Assembly (NCBI GenBank): GCA_965202585.1
Contig: OZ241828.1
Location: 46,500,001 to 46,564,000, forward strand
Source of the DNA: Thalia democratica
Taxonomy: Eukaryota
Reading direction: 5' to 3'
Length of the DNA stretch: 64,000 nt
Shown here: positions 1 through 45,207 of the stretch, one piece after another
Layout: each line of letters starts with the position of its first letter
Numbering within the stretch: position 1 is the first letter of the stretch
Notes under the pieces: generated by a model
Told to the model about the DNA's origin: nothing
The model's database searches: none
The model's input: only the letters and a program-made list of their open reading frames with translations
Position numbers and translations under genes: made by a program

Positions 1-31723
<31,723 letters not shown>

Positions 31724-34700
31724 GCGAACTTTTCGCTCGACTTTTGTTTTTCTGAAGATTCAACTTCAGTATTTTGTTTTTATTGTAATTTCAACTTTTA
31801 AGTTGATTCGTTTTATAAACAGTTTTACTGATTAAAACTGCAAGGCTATTTGGCCTATCTGCTTTACGAACTTTTAGTTGAGCTTTTATACTGGAGTTTG
31901 TTTGTCTCGATGACACTTTCACTTTTGGATTTAAAGGTACTTAATACTTATCTGACATTGCCAGCTCATAAACACTTGAAATGTATCATCATGATGCGCA
32001 CAAAAAATCGATTACTTGTCCACGTTGAACGTTATGATTTGTCAGTTGGAGACACTAGCAACTTAATAATCAAACAATTGACTTTCGTTCTTTTGTTCTG
32101 AAACAACACTTGTACGCTGATCAAACATCATTTAGATGCATGTTGTTCACTTAAAAAAAATAAATATTGCAACATTTTTTTTTAATTTTTTAAAAACTCT
32201 CTAAAACCTTTTATCTTTGAACATCCGTGCTTCATACCAATTGCAAAGTATTTATGTATATATTTTTAAAAATTGAAGTATATCATAAGAGATAATACTA
32301 AAAAAATTTTTAATTCTTACTAAAAAAAGTGCTTCTATTTTTTGAAAATCTGTTTCACCTACAAAAGTATTTATTACGTCGTAGAATAATATAAATAAAA
32401 GTATGTAAAGTATGAAAAATAAGTTTAATGACTATATATTTTTTATATAAAACGCTAGTATAAGTATAATTAAGAAGTTAGTAAGCTAGACTGTCATTTA
32501 GTATTTAAATTCTAATTAAAAACAAAATAAATAAATTTGTTTAAAAAAAATATATAAGAAAGAAACTAATTGTTTAACTAATGATGTTTTATCAAAACAA
32601 TTTTAAACTTTATAAGTTCACATATAAAATTACAAATAGCTAATTTAAGTATTGTAGTAAATATATTTTAAATAAATATTTCAAAAAAAATATTTTAAGT
32701 ATCTAAATATCAAACATTAAAGTTGATTTTGAAAAAAAAAAAGGTACACTTGAGTTACTTAAGTTTCGCAAAATTAGCGTGTTAGTTAAGTACAATACTT
32801 TTTTAAAGTTTTAAAGTTTAATACTATAAATTTACAACAATAATGTTTTAGAAAAACTTAAATTTTCAACGAAAAACTATTCGATTTTTTTGGTAGAAAT
32901 CTATAATTAATATTTATTTACATAGTTTTTCATTTCGAAATTTTAACAAACTTAAGAAAAATTTATAAAAAATATTAAATATTTATGTGTAGCTTACAGC
33001 TTAAAATTTTAAATTTAACACCTATATATATTACCTTGTATTATTCTATGTCGCTTACAGAGATTTGTATTTAGTTTTAAAACTCCAGTAATTTTACCGA
33101 CGAGGTACTTTTGGAGGTAAGCAGTACGTACCCGTGTCAGGTTAGAACTAAAGTCAAAAATGAATGGGATTTTTTTTTTCAAAAATACTTTCATAATATT
33201 TTATAAAACGAACAAATTTAATAAGCTAAAAACTTATCATTTAGTTATAAACAAAAAACAAAGTCATTGTTTTTTGAAAAAGTTTAGTAGTTCTAAAATA
33301 AGAATAAGAATTTATTTTTAAGAGATATTTTTGCTGAGATAAGTAGATGTTAGCTGTTTTTAAATGTCAAAAGGGTAAAATTTGCCTCAAAATTGTAAGG
33401 AACATATTTCGCGTAAAGAACGCAATTTTGCTTAGACTCATGGTGTGTCTATAACAAATTTTTCATAACAAAATCAAATTATATAAACAAAAATATATAA
33501 GTAATTATTAAAACTGAATAAGTATGTTTAGAATTGCAATTTTGAACATATGGTAACTACAGATTAAAAAGAAACAACTACTAAACAAAAGGCAAGTAAT
33601 GCAGAATAGTTATGTACACAATCATCGATTATTACTTAAGTATATAATTTTTGTTTTTTTTTACTTTCATATCTTACATATACATATATTCTAATTATAA
33701 TTATGAATGTATTCAGTGCAGCATTTGTAAAAAAAAAAATTCTCTATTTGTCCACATTTTAAATTTTATATGCTTTAAGTTTCAACTTTAATAGAAGCTC
33801 TGAAACTAAATCAAGAAAAATTCGTGTGTAAAATGTAACAATAACTTACTTCTCTAAATACTGAAGCCTTAATTAATACATATGCTTTGTCTAGTTCTAT
33901 AAGATTTAGATTATCTGTATACGTCTATATCTTTAATGATTTTGAGTTTTTAAATTATTTATAGTAATGCTTAACATTTAGTATACATTAAATCGGGAGA
34001 TGGCAGCCGTATGTGTGGTGTCAAAAGTTACTGAAAAAAGTTTTTTGCGCAAAAAGTTAACAACATTTTTGTTCCTAAGGATTTTAAAAATGTAATATTG
34101 CTAAAAAATTACAACAGCAAATAGTTTTTAATGATTATATCTTTTATAAATTTAAGTAAATATGTGCTCTTTAATTGGAATATTTTAGACTAGATTGAAA
34201 TTTTTAGAGTAATTTCTTTAAAAAACTCAGTCAGGTTCAGACATTCTTATTTAGCTTCAGGCAAGTTTTTATAAACTTACAATCTATTTTTTGTCATATT
34301 TTTCTTTTTTTTTTTATGTATTATGTAGATTTTTAATGTTAAACTTTATCTAGAATGTTGTTTTTTTTAATTATTTGCTATTATTATTATTTTATACATA
34401 TTTTTTTTTTCAAACAAAAGGAATCCTGCTGTAGGTGAAAGTTTATTGTCTTAATTACAATGTGTTTAAATGACTTATTTAGAATGTTTTCTTTAAATTC
34501 TTTTTACTGTAACTAAGGTTTTTCATTTCAATTCATTTAAAACAACTAAGCCTAGTTTTAAAGACTAGAAAAATAATAATCTAGTCATAGTTACAATTAA
34601 ATATTTAGCTAAACTGTAGAATACTAGCCTAAAACTACTGTTTTAATTTAGATTTGATCAATTACAGTAAAAAAAAAACTTAAAAGATAAGTTTTAATTA

Positions 34701-35544
34701 ATGTTGAGCACATTTTTTCTACTGCTGGATAATTTTATAAGCTTTTTCATTTACATGTTAAGTTAGATTAATAATAGATAAAAAGCATGTAGTTGTTTTA
34801 TAAAAAGGGTTGCCACATTTTCAGGATATTTAGACTAGTTTTAAATTTTCAAAAAACTCGAAAATCTCAGGCAAACATGAAAGTTTTTTTGAACACGGGC
34901 TTGTTTAAAGTTTTTTTTTAAATGCACACTAACTTTAATATTGGTCATAAACTTCAGGATAGTACTATTGATTCCATAAGTTTTATTATATTTTTTTATT
35001 AATTCTATTTTTTATTGTTTTTGGAAGCAATGAACCATAAAAATTTGAGTTACTCCATCTGTTAAATTGGCTCAAAAAGGATAGAGAAAACTTAGTAGAC
35101 TTATTAGTTTTGTTAATTATGTTTTTTTCTTTTAGGTAATGAAATTAAAAATAAATATTTTTTATAAGTTAATTTTATTTTCATTCTCAAAGAAGCAACA
35201 TCTATAACACCTAACATTTAGGATATGCAATGAGCAACACCATCAGCTCAAGTATACAAATCTGGGTACTAAAAAGTATTATACTAGGATCACCAAAAGA
35301 TAGAGTGTTTTCATCGTAATCAATTTTTTTAAATGCTTTATTTTTATCGCTTTTTTTTTGTTTAGTAGGGGTTGTGGAGATGTTTTTTGATTAATTAGTT
35401 TGTCAGACGTGAGTAATACAAAAAATCTATTGTTTTTAAAGTAAGACCAATAGAATAAAAACCTTGTTTAGAATGAGGATTTACTGTTTAATTTTTTATT
35501 TATTTCTAGCTTCAGTTTATAGACGATTGGGGAAACTCGTAGGA

Positions 35545-35753
35545 CTCCTTCATATGCATGCAGTTTTTATCGATACGTTTGAGTGAGTTTCTTTTTTTTT
35601 TGTTGTAGCTACTTTTAACTCGAATATACCCTATTCTACTCAAATGCGTACTCTTACCCTTAATGTAACAGTTCACCGATACGATTAAGTGATATTTAGT
35701 TGTGCTTAAATATCACTGAATCTTATCAGTAAAAACTGCATGTATATAAGGAG
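35545..35753. repeat. Fold-back element: ~30-bp imperfect outer inverted repeat plus inner 16-bp hairpin
   Basis: ctccttcatatgcatgcagtttttatcgata vs revcomp ctccttatatacatgcagtttttactgata; inner stem gattaagtgatattta (35683-35698) / taaatatcactgaatc (35707-35722), 15/16 paired, 8-nt loop. Confidence 0.65.
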
Positions 35754-37749
35754 TAAAAAAAAATTTTCAACACTTTGAATCCGCCCAACAAACTAAGTTC
35801 AATCAATTTCGAGTGCAGAAATAGCCGTAGTTTCCTAGTAAAACCATTAAAAATCTAATTCATATCTACTAACACCAAGGATTTTTTAAAGTTATACATA
35901 TGCTCATACTCGTTTTGTCCAAAAAAAAAGCATTAACATTAAAAGTTTACTATAAAGTCGACTAGAAAACAATAAAATATCTATATATTTTTTTTTAACA
36001 TAATAAAAAAAGTTATAAAACCATTAATTGATTTTGTTAAACAAAGCTTTAAAATAATTTTTTTAAACTATTTTAAAGCAATAAAGTGTTTTTATATTAA
36101 AGTAGTTCTTTAAAAGTTTTTATTTAACCGTTAATTTTCGAATTTTCAAGACTTATTTTTTATCTGAAGTTTTACTTAGGCGTGATAAATATTTATAATC
36201 TTTTTGTTACAATTTTACTCAGTTAGTAAAATATGCTAAAAGATTGTATTGGTAACTACTCTAAAAACTTAAGAGAAAAAAAAAATTGAACTAGAAACCA
36301 ACTACATAGATGACAGAAGTTTTAAATTAGAATAAAATTGAGATATCACTTTTGAAAAAAAAAATTCTGTTTACTCTTAAATCAACATATGCTTTTTTAC
36401 AAAAAATATTATTTAAAGTTTTACTGTTAACAGACATTTATATTGTTTAAAAAACAATTTTAATTAAATATTTTCTTTTGGTTACGAAAGTAAAGGTAAT
36501 TTTTAGTTGATATTTTGTTAAAGTTTAGCTTTTAAATGTTTAAGAAGTTTAATGTCAGTGAATAAGTTAAAAAAAAAACCACACAGTTGACCAGCAACTC
36601 AACTCAAAGAAAAAAAAAATGTTTGAATTTTTCTTTAGTAAGTAGTGCATGAAAAGCGCATTTATAGCTTCTAACAAATTTTCAAAATATCGTTTACAAC
36701 AGAAGTTATGCCAGCTGGCGCGAGACATATTGAAGGATTCTTACAGAGGTCAATTTTTTTTTCTAAATTGAAAATAAATCATCAAAGAAAAAAATTATAA
36801 AAATATAGCTTTTTTCTGAAAAAAAAATTTTTTCATCGTTTACCAAAAAGGAATTTCAAAGTTTTGTTTAATAAATTTAAAAAGAAGTATTTTTTAATTC
36901 AAAAATTAAAATTTAAAAAAATTGTAATAAACAAAAATAAAAAAGTGTTTTTTTTTTTCAAGGTTTTTTGCCATAAATAAACCATGAATAAAACAAATAA
37001 CGTAATATCCTTAGTAGCTGGGTATGAATATGTATATATTTTTGAAAACCTTGGTTTTAGTAGATTAAATAAAAGTAAGTCTAGCTTTTGAGCATAACAA
37101 GTTAATAATTTAAATAAATAATTTCATTAGAAAAAATCCTTACTGTTTTCAGTTTATAGTATTTTTTGTCTAATTCCCGAATATACAATTTTATTATATA
37201 CAATATTAAACATAATGTCTTTTATAATTTTTAAATAATTTGACCTTTTTTTTTGTTTTTTTCTTATTGATCTCTTAACTATGGTAATTTATTTAATATA
37301 ATCAATAAATTGTACATTGTTAGACTCATAGTGTTGTAAACAAAGGCTAAAAAGGATAAAAAATGCAACTTATGTTTTATATAATTCATAACTAGTTTTA
37401 TCATTTTTAAAATTTAGTACTTTTTCTTACATGAACCGAAAAATTAAGACTTTCTTACAGAAATTTTACGATCATAGCAAGTTTAAGATTCTTTTTTGAA
37501 TTCTAAGATCTATAAATAAATTCATTACATTAATTACTTATTTTTACTAAATAGTAGTATATCTGTTTCTTTTTCCTAAAAATATTACTAGAGTTATAAA
37601 TGTGAATATTTTGTCGGTAAAATAATTTAAAAGTTATACATAAGAACTACTGCTTTATACTGTAACAAGTATTATTAAAATAAGTTTGTTTAGTATGACA
37701 GTAGCCTCAGAGTCACAAATTAGGCTTTGTAAATTCACAGGATTTAAAT

Positions 37750-38018
37750 AAGGGTTTCCCAAAGTAGATCATTTAGCCTTCTTGAGGCAATTTTAGAAGT
37801 TTAGGGGGCCATAAGCTGCAAAGGGGAAGAAGGGAGGGCCGTGACTAGTAAAATTGCAAAAATTACACAAGATATTCCAGAGTTTATGATGAAGAGCAAA
37901 AAGGTCTTCAGCGTATTCAAGGATAGTTTTTTTTTAGAAATCATGTTAAAGGAGGCCTGTTTTTTTTTTTTAATTTCGTCAAAGGGGGCGTTATTTGTAA
38001 AATGTTTGGGAAATTCTA
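37750..38018. mobile_element. hAT-type MITE related to the 44303 element
   Basis: Left aagggtttcccaaa, right tttgggaaattcta; internal ggggcc/gggggcg blocks; TSD poorly conserved. Confidence 0.6.
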
Positions 38019-38188
38019 TTTTAATGGTTCCCTAGGCTTATTAATGCTATTGTGGTAACCCATCTAGTATTTAAATAAAATGGTTGCAAACTATAGTCGT
38101 ATGACATCTATGCTATGAGCAACATTTTTTAATGTTTCTATAAGTTAAATTGGTGTCAGAAATTAAATTATTTGATGCAAGCAATTGA

Positions 38189-38503
38189 CAGGGTAGCCAG
38201 ATGTTTTTGGAAAATTTTAGAAATTTCCTCCAGGTTTTTAAAAGTACACATTTTTGGGTGTTTTTTTAGTTTAAAGTTAAGTTTAAGGTATGAAACTGTG
38301 TTAAATAGTAGTAAAGAATTGAAAAGATACTCTAAAGCTACTTTAAATGTGTTTAAAAAATATTGATGATGACAAAAATAATTTTAACTTTATGATATAT
38401 TTATGAGTCAAATCAAAACTTTACTACTTAACATGTAAAAGTTGTTCAAAATTCCAGGCATTTTAGTCCAAATTGTCAAATTCCAGATTTTTTGGCAACC
38501 CTG
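38189..38503. mobile_element. MITE, CAGGGTTGCCA-TIR family, complete copy
   Basis: TIRs cagggtagcca / tggcaaccctg; interior similar to the copies at 47503, 59926 and 62174; flanks aattga / aattgg. Confidence 0.8.
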
Positions 38504-38593
38504 AATTGGTCAAAGGGCCTTTTTAAAGACAACTATTTTTTAAACTGCCATTTAATTTTGCATGTTAGAATCAAAAAAAAAGTATGGTCTTAC

Positions 38594-38990
38594 CAGGGTT
38601 GCCAAATGTCTTTTGTAAAACTTGTGTGAAGTATTCTAAATTTCTTCATGGTTTTTAAAAGTATAAGTTATTTCGCCATTATTTGTATAAATTTAAATTT
38701 AAGGTAAAAAACTGTCTTAAATAATATAAAAATATTTAAAAGGTTGGGGATCCTATTTCGACTTTTTTTTTAATTCAATGATACCATAAAAAACTTATGT
38801 GTTTGATAGATTTTACGTATCTGATAAAAATTTTTTTAGCTTTATATTTAAAAGTTGTTTAAAATTTTTATCTTTTTGCAGGTTTTTAGTGATTTTGTTC
38901 AAAGTTATACATTTTTATCAAAACTTCTCAAATTCAAGGTTTTTCCCGGTTATTTTTGCTTAAGTTGTCAGATTCCAGTTTTTAGCAATC
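38594..38990. mobile_element. Degenerate CAGGGTTGCCA-type element
   Basis: Left TIR cagggttgccaaa; right end only weakly recognisable (ttccagtttttagcaatc). Confidence 0.45.
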
Positions 38991-39339
38991 AAATCTAACA
39001 ATAACTATTGAAGGTTAATGATAAGTTAAGTAGATATATTGAACATATATAAACAAAGTACATTACTTTTAGCTGTAGAGAAAAAAGCTTTAAACAGGAT
39101 ATCTGCCGGCTGCGTCCAGCTAAGCAAAAAAATACTGCGTTTTGCGAGGTAGTTTTAAACTAAAAATATACCTATTTTTAATAATAAAGTTGTAGTAAAA
39201 ACACACTTTTAAGCTGTTGACTTTATATTTTTTCTTTACTATTTATATTTTAATATTAACTCTATCACGTTTATTTTGATAAGTTATATTTATTTATTTT
39301 GAAATAACTTTAGCCATAACATAGCATGATTTTATATCA

Positions 39340-40010
39340 ATCAAAAAATAGTTTTTTGAAAAATAAAATCCTAATGTAAAAATAGGTAAAACAGTTTTAT
39401 CAAACACAAATAGCTATAAATATTTGGGAATAATTATAGACAGAAATTTAAAATGGTCAGTACACATAGAAACTATAAAAACAAAATTACAAAAAACATT
39501 TAGTATATTATATAAAACCAGACACTTCTTAAGTGAAAAAGCATTATATTTGATCTTTAATTCTTTGCTTATGAGCAATGTTAGATATGGCTTGTTGTGC
39601 TGGGGAAGAGCAAATAAAATTTGTATAAATGATATAAATGTTCTCATAAACAGAGCACTTAGATGCATACATTATAAGAAATATGATGACAGTGTAAGAG
39701 AATTAAAAACTCAGAAAAAATATTAGATGTTGAAAGTCTGTATTTATATGAATTAGGTCTGTTTATGTTTAAGATTAACATCAATTTGTTACCAGATAAC
39801 TTTAAAAATTACTATAAAAGTGTAAAAAATTTCCATAATTATCATACCAGGTCTTCAGAAACAAATTTTTCCTACCTAGATTCAACAGCAAAATAGGTCA
39901 TAAATCACTACCCTTCTAAGTTACCATTAAGTTTAAAAAACATAAGTCATTTTGGAAAGTTCCAGCATGAACTTAAAAGTTATCTTTTAAATAGTGATTC
40001 TCAAGGTCAT
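39340..40010 (+). mobile_element. 5'-truncated, frameshifted non-LTR retrotransposon (L2/CR1-group ORF2 C-terminus)
   Basis: YKYLGIIIDRNLKWSVHI...LYLIFNSLLMSNVRYGLLCWG...HNYHTR, typical post-RT motifs, broken by frameshifts near 39720 and 39870. Confidence 0.85.
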
Positions 40011-40065
40011 TAGTGATCATTCATACTCGCCTATTTACTTTGTTTAAGGAGTTAATAGTATTTGT

Positions 40066-40365
40066 CATTTAATATCCAAATTTTTATTAGTTTTTTATAT
40101 TTTAGTTTTTTTTTTTTGTCCGAAAGTTGATTTGTTTGGTCACAATAACATTGGTCACTAGACTTTAGCATTTTCTATCTAGTTATTTCTAAGATTGTAG
40201 TTTAACATTACTATTTGATAATTCATTTAATATCCAAGTTTTTGTTTATTTTTTTATATTTTTGTTGGAAAGTAGATTTGTTTGGTTACATTAACATTGG
40301 TTTAGTCGAGATTTTAGCATTTTCTGTCCAGTTATTTTTATGATTATTCTTTAAGATTACTTTTT
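40066..40365. repeat. Two imperfect tandem copies of a ~160-bp unit downstream of the LINE fragment
   Basis: Both copies start tcatttaatatccaa and share gaaag..gatttgtttggt.aca.taacattggt and ttttagcattttct.tc.agttatt. Confidence 0.7.
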
Positions 40366-41559
40366 TGAATTAAGTTCAGAATACTTACAAATTTTTTTCT
40401 TTTTTATGATCACAAAATTTTTTTTAATATATTTTACTTTTTTTTTTTTTTTTGCATGCAAATGTAAAAAGAATAGTTATAGATGTTTATATTTTAGCAG
40501 AAAATAAAGTATTTAAAAAGCAAGCTGAGATAACTGTTTCAAGCAAATTTATGTAAAAAAAATTCTTTTTGAGCAAAGCAAAGAAAAATTCTTCTTTTTT
40601 ATGTTTGCAAATGTTGTTTTCTTTCTATTATTACAGTTAAGACTTAGACAAGTGTTCAAAAAAGAGAAAAGAGTTTTTTTTTTGATTGATTTAATGGAAA
40701 GAAATTTGTTGTTGTTAATATCATTGTTGTTCAAATTATTATTGTTTTTTTTTACGTAATACCTATTTTCATATTTTCATTTATAAAAGTTAAGTTCAGT
40801 TATTGTAAAAATCACTTCTATAAAATTCTTAAAAAAATTTACAATAGTTTTTTTAACTATTTAAATGTGAAATATTTTTATTTTTCAACTTAAATTATCA
40901 AATAAAATAAAAATTACCTTTTTAGCATAAAATACTTAAACTTTTTTTTCGTAAAAATCCTCAGCGTAATACATTTTATTTTATTTTCAGAGGTTGTAAC
41001 CTATAATTCAAATATCCACACGTTTGCTATTAGTATTGTTTATCTCCTTTTAAAAGTTAACTTAAAGTTGTATCCTTTTTTTTTTGTTCTTATGTTACTA
41101 AACAAAATTCATAGTACCTTATTAAACACAAAATTAACTTAGTTTTCGTTCAGTTTTATTTTATTCATTTTATTTTCTTTCATTTTTTTATTTTGTTTAA
41201 CTGATTGTTTTATTAGTAATTGTCCTGGACATGACTTTAAACTGTATACTGGTGTATGACTCGATAACCGAAAGGTTTTTTCGTACACCAGGTCCTTTGA
41301 CTAAATATTTGAGCGCTTTTTTTTTGTTCAATAAACATAATAATCGCCCGTGAAGACTGTTTATTATACAGTAAGGTCCGCGAAAAATATTAACATAAAA
41401 CTAGCCACGACTTCAAAAACGCTGCCGACCACTACTGCACGAAGGAAAACTACCATTTAAGTAAACAACTTCCTATGTTGATAAATTTAAATATAGTTTT
41501 CTAACATAAGCAAACATTCGGTCTGTTTAATTTTTTTTTGTTAGTTTAGCCCACGTTTC

Positions 41560-42960
41560 CCAAATTCATAATCACCCACTATCAGAGATTCTAAAATATT
41601 TACCCCTTTACTAGTTAATAATCGATTTATTTTTCCGCACCCTTCTTAAATCTTTTCCTCTAATATCTGATATATCTCATTTTGTAAGTTCCGGTTTAGA
41701 TCTTAGACGCAATAAGTGTAAGCCTTGCAGATCGATATTACTTCTTTTTAAACATACCATATGTTATTTATCTTATGTAATTCCAGTATATAAAAAAGGT
41801 CAGAAACACGCCTTATTAAATTATAGGCCAATATCCCTAACCAGCTCGTTTTCCCGAATTTTTGAACACATTATTTCTCAAAAAATATTTAATCACCTTT
41901 TCGACTTTAATTTATTAATACCAAAAAAATTGGCTTTGTTTCCCACCGACCATCAGGAACTCAACTATTGACATGTTTACTTACTTGGTAAATAACTTAC
42001 TTGAACAATGAATCAGTCACAGTGGTCTATACTGACATCAAAAAAGCTTTTGACTCTGTGTCACACAATAGATCATTAAAAATGTTGACTCAATATGGCA
42101 TTGATGATAATTTTGGTTAAACAATTTTTTAAATAACAGGTCAAAAAGAGTACTCATTAACAACACATTATCAGATCCTCTGAAAATTCGCAGTGGAGTA
42201 CCACAAGGTGAAGTCATTGATCATCTTCTTTTTTTGATTTACATCAACGATATTACTTTAAATACTCATATTAAAAGCGAAATAAGTCTATTTGCAGAAA
42301 CCCTTCCCTACTAACCTTTTAACTAATAAAAATAAAATACCAGCAGTAAAATTTTTTGAAGACTTAGGAATAAACATATCTGAGAATCTAAAATGGAGCG
42401 AACATGTAAATTATTTATATAAAATTGCTCAAATTCATCTTATCAAATACTTAAAAGTTTTAAAAACAGTTCTGCTAGTATTCATACTAAACTTTTTTAA
42501 ATATACTTTCGCCCTAAACTTGAATACAATACCCCAATATGGTCCCCCTACTTTAAAAGAAAGACATTATAAAAATTGAGTCTGTGGAGAGAAATTTTAC
42601 CCGTTTTGTTTGTAATATCTGCAACATTTCAAATACCTAATACAAAGATAGATTGGTAAAGCTCGGGTTGGAGTCTCTAGAATATAGAAGATGACAGTTT
42701 GATTTGATAACATTTTTTAAAATTGTTAATGGTATATATAAAGAATTTTTCAATCACTTTTTTGTTTCTCTCAGACCAATTATAATTTGAGAGTAAATGA
42801 TAAAAAAATAAATTGTAAGTTTCAATACCAGTCAGTGGCAAAATTCTTTTTTCTGCAGAAAAATAAATATGTGGAATAAGTTACTGCAGAATGTGGTTTC
42901 GTGTTAGAGGATGGAACATTTTCGATTAGAATTTTAAAATAGATTTAAATAATATCAGTA
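41560..42960 (+). mobile_element. Decayed CR1-type LINE (RT remnant with stops, frameshifts and an internal deletion)
   Basis: IPVYKKG...NYRPISLTSSFSRIFE...YTDIKKAFDSVSH...SGVPQG..LLFLIYIND...LFA[deleted]...DLGINISENLKWSEHV...RPKLEYNTPIWSP...RLVKLGLESLEYRR. The 5' boundary is uncertain. Confidence 0.9.
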
Positions 42961-44302
42961 AAATACAGTGGTTATCGATTAAAAATTCATTATAATGATG
43001 GTTTGAAGTAATCTTTATTTACTTATTTTAAAGTATTATTATCACTAAGATTTTTTTCCTACGCCTTCCCCCTATAGATTATAAATAGTTATATATAATT
43101 TTTGAAAATGTATAATCTTTTATAGTCAATAGTACATAAGTTTATATATGAATATATATTTTGTGCATACTAAGTTATTTTTAATCAGGACTATTTGTTA
43201 GTATTTTTTTTACTATCTATGTTATGATTTTTAATTGAATGTAATTTGTTCATTTCTTTTTTCGTGTACTTTTTAAGCAGCTCAGGTTTTAATACCCGAG
43301 TTCGTCTTCGCACAATTAACTTTAATAATGTTATACAATTTTTAAGACTTATATTTAATTACCTAAAATTACTTTTTAAAGCATTTATTCTTTCAAGTTA
43401 ACATTTTTCCTCAATTTATCAATACTTATATTCCTACTTTTTTTAACCCCAAGCACACTTGGAATTATTCAGCTGTCTTATGTAGATTTTTGATATGAGT
43501 GGTAATAACAAAAAAAGTATAAATTACCTTTTTTAACTTGTTACTTTGCTGTTGAAGGTTGAGGGAAAGTCCAGCAGCATTTTCTATTAAAAGTTGCTCG
43601 CAGCCCTCACTATATAAAATAGGTATCAGTGTGCCGTAGGTATTATACATATTTGTAAAAATCGAAAAAAAAATTACTTAAAAATTTTCAATGATTAAAT
43701 ATAAATAAGGAAAGTACCAGCTATTTCTAATTGTTTAAACAATATGCCAATTTTTAATTTCAAAAAATGTGTAAGTAGTTTTTTAGCTAAAAAGTACATC
43801 ACAGGCCGCATACTTTTGATTTGTAAGTTGCAGTTTGCCCAATTAGACTAGTCCAATAAAGTTGTAATTGAATCTTGCAAATATACTTTAATTCAAATAA
43901 TTCGGGTTACATAAAATTAGATTTAACAATTTAATGTTATAGTACTAAATTACAAGAATTATGCGATATAGCTAGGACTCATTCTAAACTTTGGTTATTC
44001 CAAACTATTTATCTACTATGTTTTTTTTATGATTTTCATTTTAATTTCTAATATACTATTGATAGGCTCAATATATATCATCTACTTGAGTATAAGTTAG
44101 TTACAATCTAAATAGCTTGAAAAATCACTGTGCTTAATAGAGTATAACTATAATCAAAAGTGACTTGATTATACTACCTAAGGTTGAGCGCTAACATCTA
44201 ATTATCTTAAAGAAGATGACGAAAACGCTAGATAAAAAAGACCAATGCAAGTTTGTTTCGATAATTTTTAACAGAATTTAACGTGGTAGTATTGGTTTAG
44301 AC

Positions 44303-44545
44303 AAGGGTTTCCTAAACTGGGCCAAGTGCCCCTCTTGGGGGTAATGAGCAGCAAAGGGACCATATGGGGACCATATGTTCATAAATTGAAACTTACAATA
44401 GATGTTCTGGAGTTGAAGATGAAGAGTAAAAAAAAAGTAGTCTAAAGGCAGTTTCAATGGTAGATTTTTGAGAAATCTTGTTGGAGGAGCCATAGCTTTT
44501 TTTTATTTCTCTGGAGCGGGCCTTTAAAAAAAATGGGAAATTTTG
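44303..44545. mobile_element. hAT-type MITE with 8-bp TSD
   Basis: Left aagggtttcctaaac, right atgggaaattttg; TSD gtttagac / gtttaaac; GC-rich interior in AT-rich DNA. Confidence 0.7.
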
Positions 44546-45207
44546 GTTTAAACTAACAAAATTTTCTAAAAAACGTTGTTCTTTCTACTAAAATATTTTC
44601 TAACTTATAGACTATTGAATATTTAAAATTTGTATATAAATATCCTTTTTTTGTATTATTTTAAGCCCAACAACAATTATTTTCTAATCTAACTTAAGCT
44701 AAAAAGTAATAACCTATATAAAAATAATTATACAACAATAAATAAATTTGAAGTTAAAAAAAAAATCAAAATAAAAAAAAATTAAAAGAAAATTTTGTAA
44801 AAAAACATAAAAAACACAAGTATCTAACTATGTAAATTAAAAGCAGATGAACTTAGAGAATTTCAAAAAGTATTTTTTCTTAACTGTGAGAAAAAAACTG
44901 TAGACTATGTAATTTATATTTATACATATACAATTTAAGTTTATTCAATTCTATAAACAAAAGAAATCACTACTTACTATATAAGAAAATGCTATTTAAC
45001 ACACAAATCTTCAAGATATGTTATTTATTATAAATTAACTAGTTACTATTGTTAGTGAAGTAAAAAGGACTTAAGATTTTCTTATTTTAACTTTATAAGA
45101 CACAAGTTACTAATAGATTGAAAAAAACACTGCTCTTTCTTTACAAATGTGAAGTGTTTAATAAAAATGGATTTCTTATGTTTATAACTAGATAAAATGA
45201 TATAAAT

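Noticed and set aside
37841-38366. 64-aa ORFs at 37841 and 38172, and similar short ORFs at 31650, 31850, 40549, 57954 and 59705
   Set aside because: They overlap MITEs or low-complexity AT-rich DNA, have K/F/I/L/N-biased composition, and contain no motifs.
43465-43650. 61-aa minus-strand ORF with a plausible internal donor (aaaaag|gtaatt)
   Set aside because: No recognisable motif and no partner exons that I could join. It might be an exon of an unannotated transcript, but this is unsupported.
44278-44493. 71-aa ORF MAPPTRFLK...
   Set aside because: It lies almost entirely within the hAT-type MITE; a chance ORF.
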